Assembly (NCBI GenBank): GCA_964016885.1
Contig: OZ024740.1
Span: forward strand, 147,188,001 to 147,252,000
Direction: 5' to 3'
Length of the DNA: 64,000 bases
Origin: Eledone cirrhosa
Taxonomy: Eukaryota
The notes beneath the pieces are model-generated. The model made no database searches. It had not been told where the DNA came from and saw only the letters and a list, made by a program, of their open reading frames with translations. The position numbers and the translations under genes are program-made. Positions 1-15,153 of this stretch are shown piece after piece. Position 1 is the stretch's first letter. Each line of letters starts with the position of its first letter.

Positions 1-929
1 GTGTGCGTGTCTGTAAACATATATCCGGCTGTGTTACGGATATACATACGTACACAATAGTGAATTTTAAGATGTTGTCATTGGTTTCCTTTTACACAAT
101 AAAGATTAAGATAAATAAACAACTAATCATTTATTAGCTTTTGATAATATCAGAAGTAATGGCATGCAGCTAAACAGAAAGACAGGAGCATGTCAATATA
201 TATATAGTGAGTGTGTATTAATTTCTAATGTTTATGTACACGTGTATAATGAGTGTAATACTTCTCGACAGGAAGTTAGGTGTTAGTGAAAAGTAGTTTG
301 AACTTTGAAGAAAAGCTTCTTAGGAGTTAATTGAGTGAGACGATAGTTTATCATCAGGCAATTAGTTCTGACTGGCATGTTTTGACATAATAACCCCACC
401 CCTTCCATTTCTATTTTTACACACACACACAGATAGATTAAAGCACTCCCTTCATCACACACACACAAATACATACAGATAGATAGATTGAAACACTCCC
501 TTTATCACACACACACACCTCTCTCATCACAATAGAAAATCAACAAACATGTGCCACATGTTTACCATGTGGCACATGGTAAACATAGATGAGTAAGATA
601 AAAGAGGTTTTAAAAGTGTGCCTCTGTGTGAGTGCAACTATGTGTATCATGATTCTCCCCTCCCTCACATACACTCATATTTTCTCAGATACACCTTTAT
701 ATTTATTGCTATTACACATCTGTGTTTATCACATACACATGTCTATATAGAGAGAACAGCTTTTCTTGTATAAGTAGGGAAATGTTATAATTAAAACATG
801 ACTATAATAATATAATAATGAAATTATTATGTACAGTGCTCAGGTGCACTACAACTCATCAAAGGGGCATAATGTCATGAAAGTGAACAGTTTATGAGTC
901 ATAATATACACACAGATACATGCGTGCGT

Positions 930-1650
930 GTGAATGGAGGGGGAATATCAGGTGTAGTGTTGGCCAATTTAAAGAAGCATGGAGGTTTGAAAAGATGCAG
1001 TGTCCCAACTGCTAACAACTGATGCAGGTAGTTTGTTCCATGTTTCAGCAACTCTGAGCATGAAAATATGTTTCCTAAAGTCACGGGAGCTGTGCTGTTT
1101 TCTGACTTTGAAGGCATGCCGAGTTAGATCCTGGTCATTAAGGATATTTCATATTTCCTTATTCTTTATATTTATTTTGTAACAATAACAAGCCTAAATC
1201 AATGTATGTGTTAATGTTTTTGGGATTCCACAGAGCCATGTTCAGAACCAGAATCTTTATATTTGTGGAATATTGGTCATGTGCTTAGCAGTGGTTGAAG
1301 AGTATCATGGGAATGGTAGGTGGTTGAAGTATGGCAGTTATTGTAACTGGTTTCATGTATGCTGGCTGTATCTGTGTGTTAATATTTGGTTTATTTTTTG
1401 ATACTGTAAAGCCTTCATAGTTGTTTGGTGTGAAATTGTATATATTACAATTATAGTGTTATCAACTATTGTAGTCCTATCTAATTCTGTGGCATGTACA
1501 TGTGTTGGGGTGGCTCCTTGTTTTAGATTAATGAAATACCTCCCCATTAATACAATACCACAGACTAGTAAATCACAACATTCTGCTAATTACCACTGTA
1601 AACATGAAAGTTGTGAATCTCGTGACCAAAATTGTTACATCGGTCAAAGA
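930..1650 (-). mobile_element. Degenerate CR1/L2-type LINE 3' remnant
   Basis: Minus-strand translation near 960-1120 gives HAFKVRKQHSSRDFRKHIFMLRVAETWNKLPASVV, resembling the CR1/L2 ORF2 C-terminal motif; upstream part decayed, extent approximate. Confidence 0.55.
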
Positions 1651-1882
1651 AGTGCAACACTTTCCGTTGGTTAACTATCTATAACATAGAGTGTTATTGT
1701 TGAAAACTAAACATAAACAACTAATAAGGAAATAATAAAAATCATTCATGAACAAACAGAAGGGCAGCCATGTTTTGAAAACATTTATAAATCAGAATAG
1801 AACATGTTTGAAACTAGACCATTACTCAACAGAGTACTCAATACTTGGGGTAGTAGAGTATTGCTGTATTATAAAGAGTCAG

Positions 1883-1992
1883 GATATCTCTTCTTCCAAG
1901 GAAAATAAAGGAACTATTCCAGTGTCTAATGTGGCTTGTTATAACATGGACACTGGAAAAGTTCCTTTATTTTCCTTGGAAGAAGAGATATT
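1883..1992. repeat. Foldback inverted repeat, about 42-bp arms
   Basis: atctcttcttccaaggaaaataaaggaactattccagtgtc ... gacactggaaaagttcctttattttccttggaagaagagat. Confidence 0.9.
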
Positions 1993-2614
1993 AATCTCGA
2001 AATATCAGGTCATATGAATAAATTAAGGTAAAAAAACAAACCCTGTTTCCTATGTTTTAAATTTTTCTCCGTCCAAACCTGCATTGTTGTGGCATTCCAG
2101 CTTTGAATTCTTTATACCATATACAATGCTTCAAGTAAACAACAAATTCCTTCATATATATAAGAGTTTAGATGAGTTGATAATACAACCATATAAAGAC
2201 AAAGAATATTTAAAAGTTCAAATGTGATTTTATAGTCTATGGTAAGATTTTCGGACTTGTGGATCTTATGGACATGTGTTGGTAAATATTAATGTTATTT
2301 AATAGATTCTGATGTGATTAATATAGCAGAAATGAATATTCGTATTATGTTAATTGAAACTTTCGTCAATCAATTAAATGATTTAATTTGATTTCATTTT
2401 TATTGGTTAATACCAATATTTGGTGGTGTGGTACGGGATGCATTTAGAAGAGACCTTGGTTTCACTTTATCAACAAGTCTGATGAGCAGATTGGGCTGGT
2501 GTTGGGCCTATTGTATAATATAGAGCCTGAGCCAACTATCTGTGAAGCAGTTGTAACTATGTATAATCAATAAAGACCTTCATGTGAAACCTCACTTTGT
2601 TTTTAATATATATA

Positions 2615-2962
2615 TATAATTGAACATACAAGAGAGATAAACACAAATATAAACATACATGTGTTCGAATTGTAATGGGCCAGGTTTGCTAGGGTGAAAA
2701 AATACTAACTCTAACAATATGGTTTGCCAGACTTAATTTAAAGTAGTAAATCAAGAAAAAGAATAACAAACCTATAGGTGTTTTCAGGCAGTTGCCCAAT
2801 ATAGGTTTGTTATTCTTTTTCTTGATTTACTACTTTAAATTAAGTCTGGCAAACCATATTGTTAGAGTTAGTATTTTTTCACCCGAGCAAACCTGGTCCT
2901 TTACAATTCGAACACATGTATGTTTATATTTGTGTTTATCTCTCTTGTATGTTCAATTATAT
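2615..2962. repeat. Long inverted repeat (about 160-bp arms, 22-bp spacer) next to TA tracts; probable PLE-type foldback remnant
   Basis: 2615-2776 is the near-perfect reverse complement of 2799-2962. Confidence 0.85.
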
Positions 2963-3059
2963 TACACGGCTCAGAAAAACTTCTTTCTTAGAGCTATTTA
3001 ATTGTAAAAGACTATTTTGAGTTTCTAACTGAGTATATGATATATATATATATAAAACA

Positions 3060-3294
3060 AAGGAATTGTGGTAAGGAACCAGATGGACCATAACGCACCA
3101 GAGTACTCAATACTTAGGGTAGTAGAGTGGGAAATAGGAAAAAGTATGACCCTGACGGCAGAGCTCAAGCCGTTTCGACGGCTATTTCTGGACTAAATTA
3201 GAATTTTTAGCCTGGCTAAAAATTCTAATTTAGTCCAGAAATAGCCGTCGAAATGGCTTGAGCTCTGCCGTCGGGGTCATACTTTTTCCTATAT
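3060..3294. mobile_element. Short foldback element in (TA)n; relatives at 1830-1860, 25067-25118 and 37050-37245
   Basis: Palindrome ataggaaaaagtatgaccctgacggc...gccgtcggggtcatactttttcctat centred near 3213; shared gagtactcaatacttagggtagtagagt motif. Confidence 0.75.
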
Positions 3295-3414
3295 ATATAT
3301 GATCCACAAATACAGTAGAGCATCACAAGTTTTCTAGTATTCTACTGATAACTTTTATTAAAAGTTGTGTAGGGGGCAGAAGTAAACTGGATCTTAAAAT
3401 GAGGCAACTCAAAC

Positions 3415-4325
3415 TAACAGACTGTTGAGGTCCAGTGGTGTGTTTTCACTGCTCAGCTAATGTAACACTGCTTAACAGACTGTTGAGGTTCAGTGGTGTG
3501 TTTTCACTGCTCAGCTAATGTAACACTGCTTAACAGACTGTTGAGGTCCAGTGGTGTGTTTTCACTGCTCAGCTAATGTAACACTGCTTAACAAACTGTT
3601 GAGGTCCAGTGGTGTGTTTTCACTGCTCAGCTAATGTAACACTGCTTAACAGACTGTTGAGGTCCAGTGGTGTGTTTTCACTGCTCAGCTAATGTAACAC
3701 TGCTTAACAGACTGTTGAGGTCCAGTGGTGTGTTTTCACTGCTCAGCTAATGTAACACTGCTTAACAGACTGTTGAGGTCCAGTGGTGTGTTTTCACTGC
3801 TCAGCTAATGTAACACTGCTTAACAGACTGTTGAGGTCCAGTGGTGTGTTTTCACTGCTCAGCTAATGTAACACTGCTTAACAGACTGTTGAGGTCCAGT
3901 GGTGTGTTTTCACTGCTCAGCTAATATAACACTGCTTAACAGACTGTTGAGGTCCAGTGGTGTGTTTTCACTGCTCAGCTAATGTAACACTGCTTAACAG
4001 ACTGTTGAGGTCCAGTGGTGTGTTTTCACTGCTCAGCTAATGTAACACTGCTTAATAGACTGTTGAGGTCCAGTGGTGTGTTTTCACTGCTCAGCTAATG
4101 TAACACTGCTTAATAGACTGTTGAGGTCCAGTGGTGTGTTTTCACTGCTCAGCTAATGTAACACTGCTTAACAGACTGTTGAGGTCCAGTGGTGTGTTTT
4201 CACTGCTCAGCTAATGTAACACTGCTTAACAGACTGTTGAGGTCCAGTGGTGTGTTTTCACTGCTCAGCTAATGTAACACTGCTTAATAGACTGTTGAGG
4301 TCCAGTGGTGTGTTTTCACTGCTCA
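3415..4325. repeat. 58-bp tandem repeat, about 15.7 near-identical copies
   Basis: Unit taacagactgttgaggtccagtggtgtgttttcactgctcagctaatgtaacactgct. Confidence 0.97.
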
Positions 4326-4859
4326 TCTGAGGCACATTCCATTTTTATTCCATATTTGGGCAGAGTCTATGACTCCAGTTTTTCATGACATTTTTCAATC
4401 TTTTTTCTTTCTATATTACCCAGCCCTATTATTTACTGGTCATTGCTCCAGCCAGTGACCACATGGCTAGTCTGTCTCTGGTTAGGCAGAAACATGATTG
4501 TGTATTATTTATTTGTATTGTTTTCTTCAGTTCTCTAGTAAAGTCTTTGTTTATTTTTTAGAAATATTTCATTTTGTTTGAAGTTTTTGACTAGTCTCTT
4601 CATTCTCCATATTTTAGCTTCCACTACACTTATTAAACAGATAGCAGCAATATTATTAAAAAAAAAGGTAATATCATGAGAAAGTAATATTGTAAAAAAG
4701 TAATATTGTTTTTGTAAAAGGATTTTATTTCTGTGTTTTAGTCTCTCTTGTATTTGGGATGGGCCACTTTCAAAGAGACAGATTGACTAAGTTGATAAAC
4801 CATATTTTGGTGTATTGGTATTTCAACTAGAAACTTTGAATTTTGTTCACTCCAGGAGT

Positions 4860-6153
4860 ATTGTAAAAAAAAAAACAGTAATATTGTAAAACAGTAATAT
4901 TGAAAAACAGTAATATTGTAAAACAGTAATATTGAAAAACAGTAATATTGTAAAACAGTAATACTGAAAAACAGTATGACTATAAAACAATTATATTGAA
5001 AAACAGTAATATTGTAAAACAGTAATATTGTAAAACAATAATATTGTAAAACAGTAGTATTGTAAAACCGTAATATTGTAAAACAGTAATATTGTAAAAC
5101 AGTAATACTGTTAAACAGTAATATTGTAAAACAGTAATATTGTAAAACAGTAATATTGTAAAACAGTAATACTGTAAAACAGTAGTATTGTAAAACAGTA
5201 ATATTGTAAAACAGTAATACTGTAAAACAGTATCACTGTAAAACAGTAATATTGTAAAACAGTAATATTGAAAAACAGTATTATTGTAAAACTAATATTG
5301 AAAAACAGTAATATTGTAAAACAATAATACTGTAAAACAGTGATACTACAAAACAGTAGTATTGTAAAACAGTAATATTGAAAAACAGTATTATTGTAAA
5401 ACAGTAATATTGAAAAACAGTAATATTGTAAAACAGTAATATTGAAAAACAGTATTATTGTAAAACAGTAATATTGAAAAACAGTAATATTGTAAAACAG
5501 TAATATTGAAAAACAGTAATATTGTAAAACAGTAATATTGAAAAACAGTAATATTGTAAAACAGTAATATTGAAAAACAGTAATATTGAAAAACAGTAAT
5601 ATTGAAAAACAGTAATATTGAAAAACAGTATTATTGTAAAACAGTAATATTGAAAAACAGTAATATTGTAAAACAGTAATATTGTAAAACAGTAATATCG
5701 AAAAACAGTAATATTGTTAAACAGTAATATTGTTAAACAGTAATATTGTTAAACAGTAATATTGTTAAACAATAATACTGCAAAACAGTAGTATTGTAAA
5801 ACAGTAATATTGAAAAACAGTAATACTGTAAAACAGTAATATTGTAAAACAGTAATATTGTTAAACAGTAGTATTGTAAAACAGTAATATTGTAAAACAG
5901 TAATATTAAAAAACAGTAATATTGTTAAACAGTAATATTGTTAAACAGTAGTATTGTAAAACAGTAATATTGTAAAACAGTAATATTAAAAAACAGTAAT
6001 ATTGTTAAACAGTAGTATTGTAAAACAGTAATATTGTAAAACAGTAATATTAAAAAACAGTAATATTGTTAAACAGTAATATTGTAAAACAGTAATATTA
6101 AAAAACAGTAATATTGTTAAACAGTAATACTGTAAAACAGTATTGCTATAAAA
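4860..6153. repeat. 16-bp minisatellite (cagtaatattgtaaaa)n, about 80 copies
   Basis: Read directly; degenerate copies already at 4670-4720. Confidence 0.97.
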
Positions 6154-6159
6154 CAGATG

Positions 6160-6531
6160 TGTGTGTGTTTAATTCTCTGAGGCCTAATGTATGTAACAAA
6201 CTCGCAAAAACACACACACTCTCACATACTAAGACAGACACACACAGACATACATTCACACACACCTGTCTGTCATCACTTATGTATCTGTATCTGTATG
6301 TAACGAATTCGTAAACACAAACACACTCACAGACGAATACACATTCATATACAATGTGACGTCATTGTGGTCGTGGTTTACTATAGAAAGGTTATTTTAG
6401 ATAAAATATAATTTTTTAATCGAAATAAAAATAAAAATTACATGTTGACACTCCCGGGTGTCTCATACTATCACCTTGTAAAATTTGGTCCAGCCATTTG
6501 AGAATGCATACGAACAGACAGACAGACAAAG

Positions 6532-6545
<14 letters not shown>
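6160..6545 (-). mobile_element. Non-autonomous Helitron-like repeat, 5' part; related copy at about 58985-59325
   Basis: Both loci share aaaataaaaatta.atgttg.cactcccggg...tttggtc.agc...aatgcata..acaga..gacaaagaatt and run into (TA)n. Confidence 0.45.
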
Positions 6546-6617
<72 letters not shown>

Positions 6618-6804
6618 TAGACCACCCGCGACCCATTGGGTCACGTTTGCTTCAAAATATTTTTTTTAAATCATGGTCACTTAAAAATAATTTTTAAATA
6701 ATTAAAATATACACAGACATGTATATAATGTGAAATGAAACTGGAAGGCTCATATATATATACATGTGCATATGTATATATATAAATGTGTGTGTTTGTA
6801 TACA

Positions 6805-7384
6805 TACAGTAGCTAGAGTCAGAACGGGATGGAAAAAGTTCAGAGAGTTTATACCACTATTGGCCGCTAAAGGGTTCTCTCTAAAAATGAAAGGCAGGCT
6901 GTATGATGCCTGCATACGAACAGCAATGTTACATGGCAGTGAGACTTGGGCATTGTGTGCAGAGGATATACGCAGACTGGAGAGGAACGAAGCTTGCATG
7001 CTCCGTTGGATGTGTAATAGTAATATACGTGAACGGCAAAGCATAAACGAACTAAGGGAAAAATTAGGAATAAGAGGAATCAAATGTTTAAAAAGAAAAG
7101 ACTATGTTGGTATGGTCACGTGATGCGCATGAAAGACGACAGCTGTATAAAAAAAGTGCAGGGCGATAAAAATAGACGGTAGCCACGGAGTAGGCAGACC
7201 CAGAAAAACCTGGGACGACTTGATAAATTACGACCTCACACACTTACACCTCTCCAAGACAATGTCACTGGACCAAGATCTTTGGACCAAGATCTTTGGC
7301 GCTACACAGTAATACAGAAGACCCGCCTTGCCTAAGTACAAAGCGAAACCTACAGTCAGTAGGCACCTCTAACAAAAATACACC
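6805..7384 (+). mobile_element. RTE-clade LINE 3' fragment, same family as 29620-31274
   Basis: ARVRTGWKKFRE...RLYDACIRTAMLHGSETW; highly similar to 30383-30950; frameshifted. Confidence 0.92.
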
Positions 7385-7602
7385 ATGATATGTGTGTGTG
7401 TGTGTATATATATGTAGGTGTCTGTGATCTATATACACTGGTCATAGACACACACACATACACACACACATATATACATACACACACACTCACATATATA
7501 TACACAACAACACCACCAGCTCTCTCTCTCCTCCAATCTCCTCTCCTCTCTATGTCTCCCTTTCAATCTACTCTCTCACAACCACTATCTCTTTCACTCT
7601 AT

Positions 7603-7661
<59 letters not shown>

Positions 7662-8088
7662 ATGAAGGTACCCAGAAAACCCCATATCTCTGGCCGAGAT
7701 TTGAAATCGAATCTAAAAATTCTCGCCTCTAAAACCACCTATTGTTAGGAATTCTTACCATTGTCCCGTCAAAAGGCAACTATGATAAATGAAATGTTAT
7801 ATACCACTTCACCTGTGACCCCAGACACTTGACAGACGATAGGCAAATGGCCTGGCTATTATTTCCAAAACCATATACACGTTCTTCTAGCTATAGTATT
7901 CTTATAAATACAAGCGCTTCGAGAACCAAATTAGAGATAGTGGCTAATGGGTTTTTAAACCCGAAAATATTTGGGATCGTTAAATTTACTGAGGTAAGAT
8001 TCTTTTGTTATCTTGGCAATTTAACATTCTTTATACGCATTGTTTTGGTCTTCAAAATCTAGTTAGAGAAATAACGGTTTTGTTTACG

Positions 8089-8162
<74 letters not shown>

Positions 8163-8168
<6 letters not shown>

Positions 8169-10911
8169 TATTTGGGGAGGGTCATATTTGCGTAATATTG
8201 CCAGAATTAATAACAGAACACACTCACTGTTTGGTTGGTTTTCGCTTCTCGCTGTCTTTTATATATATATATCTGCGATCTAACTTACTCGGTCCTCAAT
8301 GTTGCCATTGACTGACCGGCGGTCAAAAATAATACAGATACAATATAGACACAAACACATATATATAGTTTACATAATTTACATAAATCTTTCGTTGCAC
8401 ATCTGCAACATCGTCAGTGGTGTTATATTCATTGTTCCTCCTGTTGTGTTGTATGTCTACGCCATTTTTTTGTTCAGTCTGTCTATATATTTATTTATTT
8501 ATTTGCTTGTTTGTTTATCTTATTTTATTTGGTCTTCTTTGCGCATGCGTTTGCGTGTGTGTATAGTGTTATGTGTGATGTGTGACTAGTGTGTATAGTG
8601 TTGTGTCTGCTGGGTGACTAGTGTGTGTTTATGTGCTTGTGTATGTATTTATTTATCTTATTTTATTTAATTTTATTTACTTATTTATACTTCTCTTAGG
8701 TCAGTGTTGTTTGTTTGGGTGTTGTTGTTGTTCCACTCATTCTTTCTGTTTAGCTTTGGTCTTCTAATTTCTATTTCACTGGCCTCTCTGATTTGCCTAT
8801 CTGCTGGGTCATTCCTATGTTTAGATATTATTCTAATTTCTATGTTGTCTATGTTACCGTCATGTTGTTGTCTAGCATGTTCGTATAGTACTGACCCGTT
8901 TTTTCGTCCTTTTAGTTCCCCCCAGTGTTGGTCTATCCTTTCACCTATGCTACGAGCTGTCTCACCTATGTATGCTGTTGTCATGTTTCTGCAAGTACCC
9001 TCTGTACATCTTATGCTATAGACTACGTTTCTAGTTTTACAGTTTATCCGGGGGTTCACCTTACATATGATACATTTCCTATTGGTACAGTGGGTTTTCT
9101 TAAAAGGGTAGGTTTTGCTGATCAGGGATTTTATGGTGGTTCCTGGCTTTTCTACCACCTTTATTTTTAAGTGGGTCTTTCTCGGGGCCTTTCTACACTG
9201 GTTAGCTAATTTCCCTCCAGGGGTGGCGTCCACAAACATGACACTCTGATATCTCTGGTTGTCGTACCATGATGTGGCCTTCCCTATCTTATGTCTAGCC
9301 CTATCTAAGCTATTCCATGATTTGCTCCTGTATAGTGGGCAAATTCCTTTCATGTTGTCCAGTTCTATGAGGGTCTTATACTTTTCCATGGCTCCTTCGT
9401 ATACTCTGACTCTGTCTCTTTGGTTGTAGCCAGAGAACTGCATGCGGTTGATGAAGTGTTGGATGTGTCCTTCCATTTCTGTTGGGTCGCACATGCTGGA
9501 CACATTCTTCATCACTCGTACCAAATCTGCGATCAGAATATTAAACTTAGCACTACTGGACATTGCTGAGTTTTTGAGTATCAGGTATTTGGAGGCCATG
9601 GGTTTAGCATAGTGTGAGTGGAGAATTTGGGCTCTCTCGTCTATAGTGTTAATCCAGAGTTCTGTGTCTAATACAGGTAGTCTATTGTTAGGGTGTTTGG
9701 AAGGGAAGTCTATAGTTACAGTTATACTCTGGTGTATGGAATTAGCTATCTGCTGGATGCTTTCCATCGTGCTACGTTCTAAATCAAACTTGTTAGTGCT
9801 CTCTAGTGGGGTGTTCTTATAACTATATTGATATCGTCTACATAACGAGAGTACATGATGAGGTCTATGGAGCTTTCATTAAGGAGATCTTTAAGTCTCC
9901 TTTCCCACCATACCATGAAAAGGTTGGCAACATCACCAGCTATGCTGACGCCGATGGCTGCTCCCTCATTTTGGGTGTAGATTTTCTCATTGAACTTAAA
10001 TATGTGGCCCTTTAGGGTAGTTTTGATACTAGCCCCTATTGCATGTGCGACCATTTTTCTTACCTGATCAGTGTTTTGGGGGGTCCGTATAGCTTTGGTC
10101 CACCCAATCCACCTTCCTATGGGGGTCTTTTTAGCCATTGAGGTTATGGTGGGGGGTCTACCTCTTATAGGTCTACTAGGGCAGAAACATCTAAGGTCAT
10201 GGCTGTCTAGGTAGTCAGTGTCGTAGGTAAGTCTAAGTAGGAGGCCCAGTTCGTCTGTGTCGACGTCGCAGAACTCCACCTCACTCTCAATGATCATCTC
10301 CACACATCTTTTCACAGCAAAATCAATGTTAATGGATGGGTACAGTGACACCACATCCATGCTGCCTATTATGCAGTTGGATAGGCTCCTGTTTTTGTTG
10401 CACTCACTGATTCTGCTGAGGAGGTCCTCTGTACTTTCACATACATCTGGGGACATCTTGATTATGGGGCGTATAACCATTGAGAGGAAGTAGGAGATCC
10501 TGTAGTTGCTAGCTATATTAGCTCCGCATACGGGTCTTGTTGGTGGTCCTGTTGGCGTAGACATACAACACAACAGGAGGAACAATGAATATAACACCAC
10601 TGACGATGTTGCAGATGTGCAACGAAAGATTTATGTAAATTATGTAAACTATATATATGTGTTTGTGTCTATATTGTATCTGTATTATTTTTGACCGCCG
10701 GTCAGTCAATGGCAACATTGAGGACCGAGTAAGTTAGATCGCAGATATATATATATAAAAGACAGCGAGAAGCGAAAACCAACCAAACAGTGAGTGTGTT
10801 CTGTTATTAATTCTGGCAATATTACGCAAATATGACCCTCCCCAAATATAACAATATCTGTTTCAACACACGATTTCATATAAAAAACCTCGCAGAACTA
10901 ATTCATCGCCG

Positions 10912-10913
<2 letters not shown>
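8163..10913 (-). mobile_element. PLE family A: 5'-truncated, with inverted pseudo-LTR, inserted in (TA)n
   Basis: RT plus GIY-YIG coding; 8163-8463 is the reverse complement of 10554-10854; tail to about 10913; TA tracts on both sides. Confidence 0.93.
8685..10555 (-). pseudogene. PLE RT and C-terminal GIY-YIG endonuclease, truncated, one frameshift near 9808
   Basis: SMDVVSLYPSI, QNEGAAIG, YSRYVDD; CTNRKCIIC linker; VYSIRC...YIGETARS...REASEI...LNRKNEW; frames join across a C run (RTP|PLESTNKF). Confidence 0.92.
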
Positions 10914-10961
<48 letters not shown>

Positions 10962-10965
<4 letters not shown>

Positions 10966-11790
10966 GGAAATTTAGTAAAATGAGTTAGCAAAGCACTCGA
11001 TAAGTTAGGTCCTTAGAGTAATAACATACGTTTAAATAGCTTGACAAATCGAACATTGTGGTAGGCAACATCTAACACACAATAATATACCAAAGTAACG
11101 ATAGAACTAACAGGTTGATATATATATCACGATAAATTAACGGAGCCATAGGCCCTCGCCATTCCCTGTAAATAATGTGCTCAAAGGAGAAGAGATCCTG
11201 AGCTCTTTAAAATACAATATGTTGAAAAGGTAACACACCAGAGAGAGATATACAGTGCGCTATCAATAATTTTCACCACAATAATTTACACCACATTATT
11301 TACAGGGAATGGCGAGGGCCTATGGCTCCGTTAATTTATCGTGATATTTCGCTCCTTATAACAGTCTTTCCTATCTCTCTGTTTGGTTGAGCACACTTCT
11401 CTGAGTGGTTTTGGGCTGCCCTTTCTAGCAATTCGTCCCTCAGAGGCCACTGGTTCACTGCCCTTAAACACGCTGTGACTTCTCTCTCCCACGTGTAGCT
11501 GGACAGTCACTTTTAAAATTCTCTTAGTGTTGTCTGAAATGTATAGCCTTACAGACGCTGATGAACCGAGGTTATTCCATTTCTGTCAACAAATTACTGG
11601 CGAAACATCTCTTTGGATTTGTACGTGTGTTATGTAGTTATAGAGGTATTTATATACGCTTTAATTTATATTTTTAATTATCGTGTCTATAGTCTGCTTT
11701 CATGGGTTATAGATTCCATACACTGGTGGTTTTTTCCCTGTTTTATTGATAGCGCACTGTATATCTTTCTCTGGTGTGTTACCTTTTCAA
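10962..11790. mobile_element. Rearranged PLE-type terminal remnant with two interleaved inverted repeats
   Basis: 11123-11179 vs 11292-11347 and 11220-11268 vs 11741-11791 are reverse complements. Confidence 0.6.
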
Positions 11791-12136
11791 CATCATCATC
11801 ATCATCATCATTTCATTTTACGTCCGCTTTTCCCTGCTTGCAAGGGTGGGACGGGAACTGATTCTGGCTTGATTTCTACAGCTGGATGCCCTTCCTAACA
11901 CCAACCTCATTTACAGTGAGTGCTGGGTGCTTTTTTGCCGTGGCACCTCCACGACCACTTTGCAGTGGAATGATATGGATCCCAGTCCCTACCATCTCAT
12001 TTCTACAGCTGAGTAAACTGGAGCAATGTGAAATAAAGTGTCTTGCTCAGGGAAACAACACATCACCCGGTCTGAGAATTGAACTCACAATCTTTCGATT
12101 GCAAGGCCAATGCTCTAACCACTAAGCCATGTGCCA
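11791..12136 (-). mobile_element. tRNA-derived SINE with RTE-like tail
   Basis: Minus strand: A box TGGCTTAGTGG, B box GAGTTCAATTC, CORE-like ctgagcaagacact, tail ggtgttaggaagggcatccagc similar to the RTE 3' end near 31130, ends in (GAT)n. Confidence 0.85.
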
Positions 12137-13024
12137 ACATATTGTATTTTATATATAGATATTTATTGAAGTTGGTGGTTCACCACTGGATAGAACTTTT
12201 CCTTCTGTGTAGTTAACTATGATGCAATATTGTGAAAAGCACTCAACGTGACACAACTCAATCATCTTTGGTGTAAGATTCCGTTGGAGGTGCGTGGATA
12301 GAGTTAAAAATTCTTGAATAAAGTGACAGGAGGCTGGAAAGTTGAAATTCCTTTAAAGGTTTTATTTTACAGGCACTATATATATTTTAATGTGACATCA
12401 TCAGTGTATTGTATAACAGTTATAAAGGAATCATGGGGAATAGAGGTTGTATACGCAGAGACAAAATAAAAATATTTGATTCAGGGGCAGCCTATGTTCA
12501 GTCAGTTAAACTGACCCGCCCTCCCCCACTCCAATAAAAATGAATATTTTGTTAGTGTGTGGAGAGACAGCTTGTTAGGTAGTGTAAGGTGTCGGTAGTA
12601 TGTAAATTACTACTACTATGGATTTTTCTATACAAGATAGGTCAGATTGATTTTGATTGTAAAGTATATTAAGTTCCAGAAAATATGTTGAATAGTGTGT
12701 GTGTAAAGTGTACATGACTAAAAAAAAAATGGGAAGGTAATACTCATTGCATATCAGGAGTGCCACCCAGTGGGAATCTGTCTATAGACACTTAGCTTGA
12801 ATTTTTTTTCTGCCCGTTACTCTAAATATAGTTTTTAAAGAATTTCCTTTTCTTTAAATTTCATTAACCAATGACCTCCACCCATCCCAATCACCACCCT
12901 CTCCTACCACTAGAAAATGTATAAATACCACCATATAACTTAGACAGTCCGCTGCCTGATGATTTCTCCCAAATGAAACAATTCTAGTCCTGTAGAAGCC
13001 ATTTCTATATATTATATATATATA

Positions 13025-14935
<1,911 letters not shown>

Positions 14936-15106
14936 TATATATATATATATAAGCAAGATGTATGGTAGGTCGTATGTGAATCGCGATGATCACGTCTGAC
15001 CTACCAAATATGTGACGGTAGCTAGTTAAGCTCTATGCGTATAAGCAGAGCAGAAATATTAATGAAAAAGAACAAAGGAACTATTATGACATTATAACAA
15101 GTTTAT

Positions 15107-15153
15107 TGCCGACAACCGTTTCGTCCGACCATATGGTGGGACTTTTCAAGGCA
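15107..15153 (-). ncRNA. Type I hammerhead, U3-A8 core variant; copies at 19839-19885 and 23445-23491
   Basis: TGCC-TTGAAAA-GTCCcaccatatggtcGGAC-GAAA-CGGTTG-TC-GGCA, followed by AATAAA; lies in a pLTR remnant 14950-15321 with a 35-bp inverted repeat. Confidence 0.8.

Noticed and set aside
3415-4325. 58-bp array as CRISPR
   Set aside because: No unique spacers, no cas genes, eukaryotic context
9800-9812. Stop readthrough or selenocysteine in PLE A
   Set aside because: Stop is TAG and the downstream ORF is in another frame; simple indel in a C run
10598-10635. Active hammerhead in the PLE A pLTR (also 8382-8419)
   Set aside because: Core and stem II are intact but stem I has only 2 bp; probably decayed
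11550-11615. Hammerhead-like CTGATGA...GAAAC (similar cases near 2479 and 59590)
   Set aside because: Stems I and III do not pair or the core is mutated
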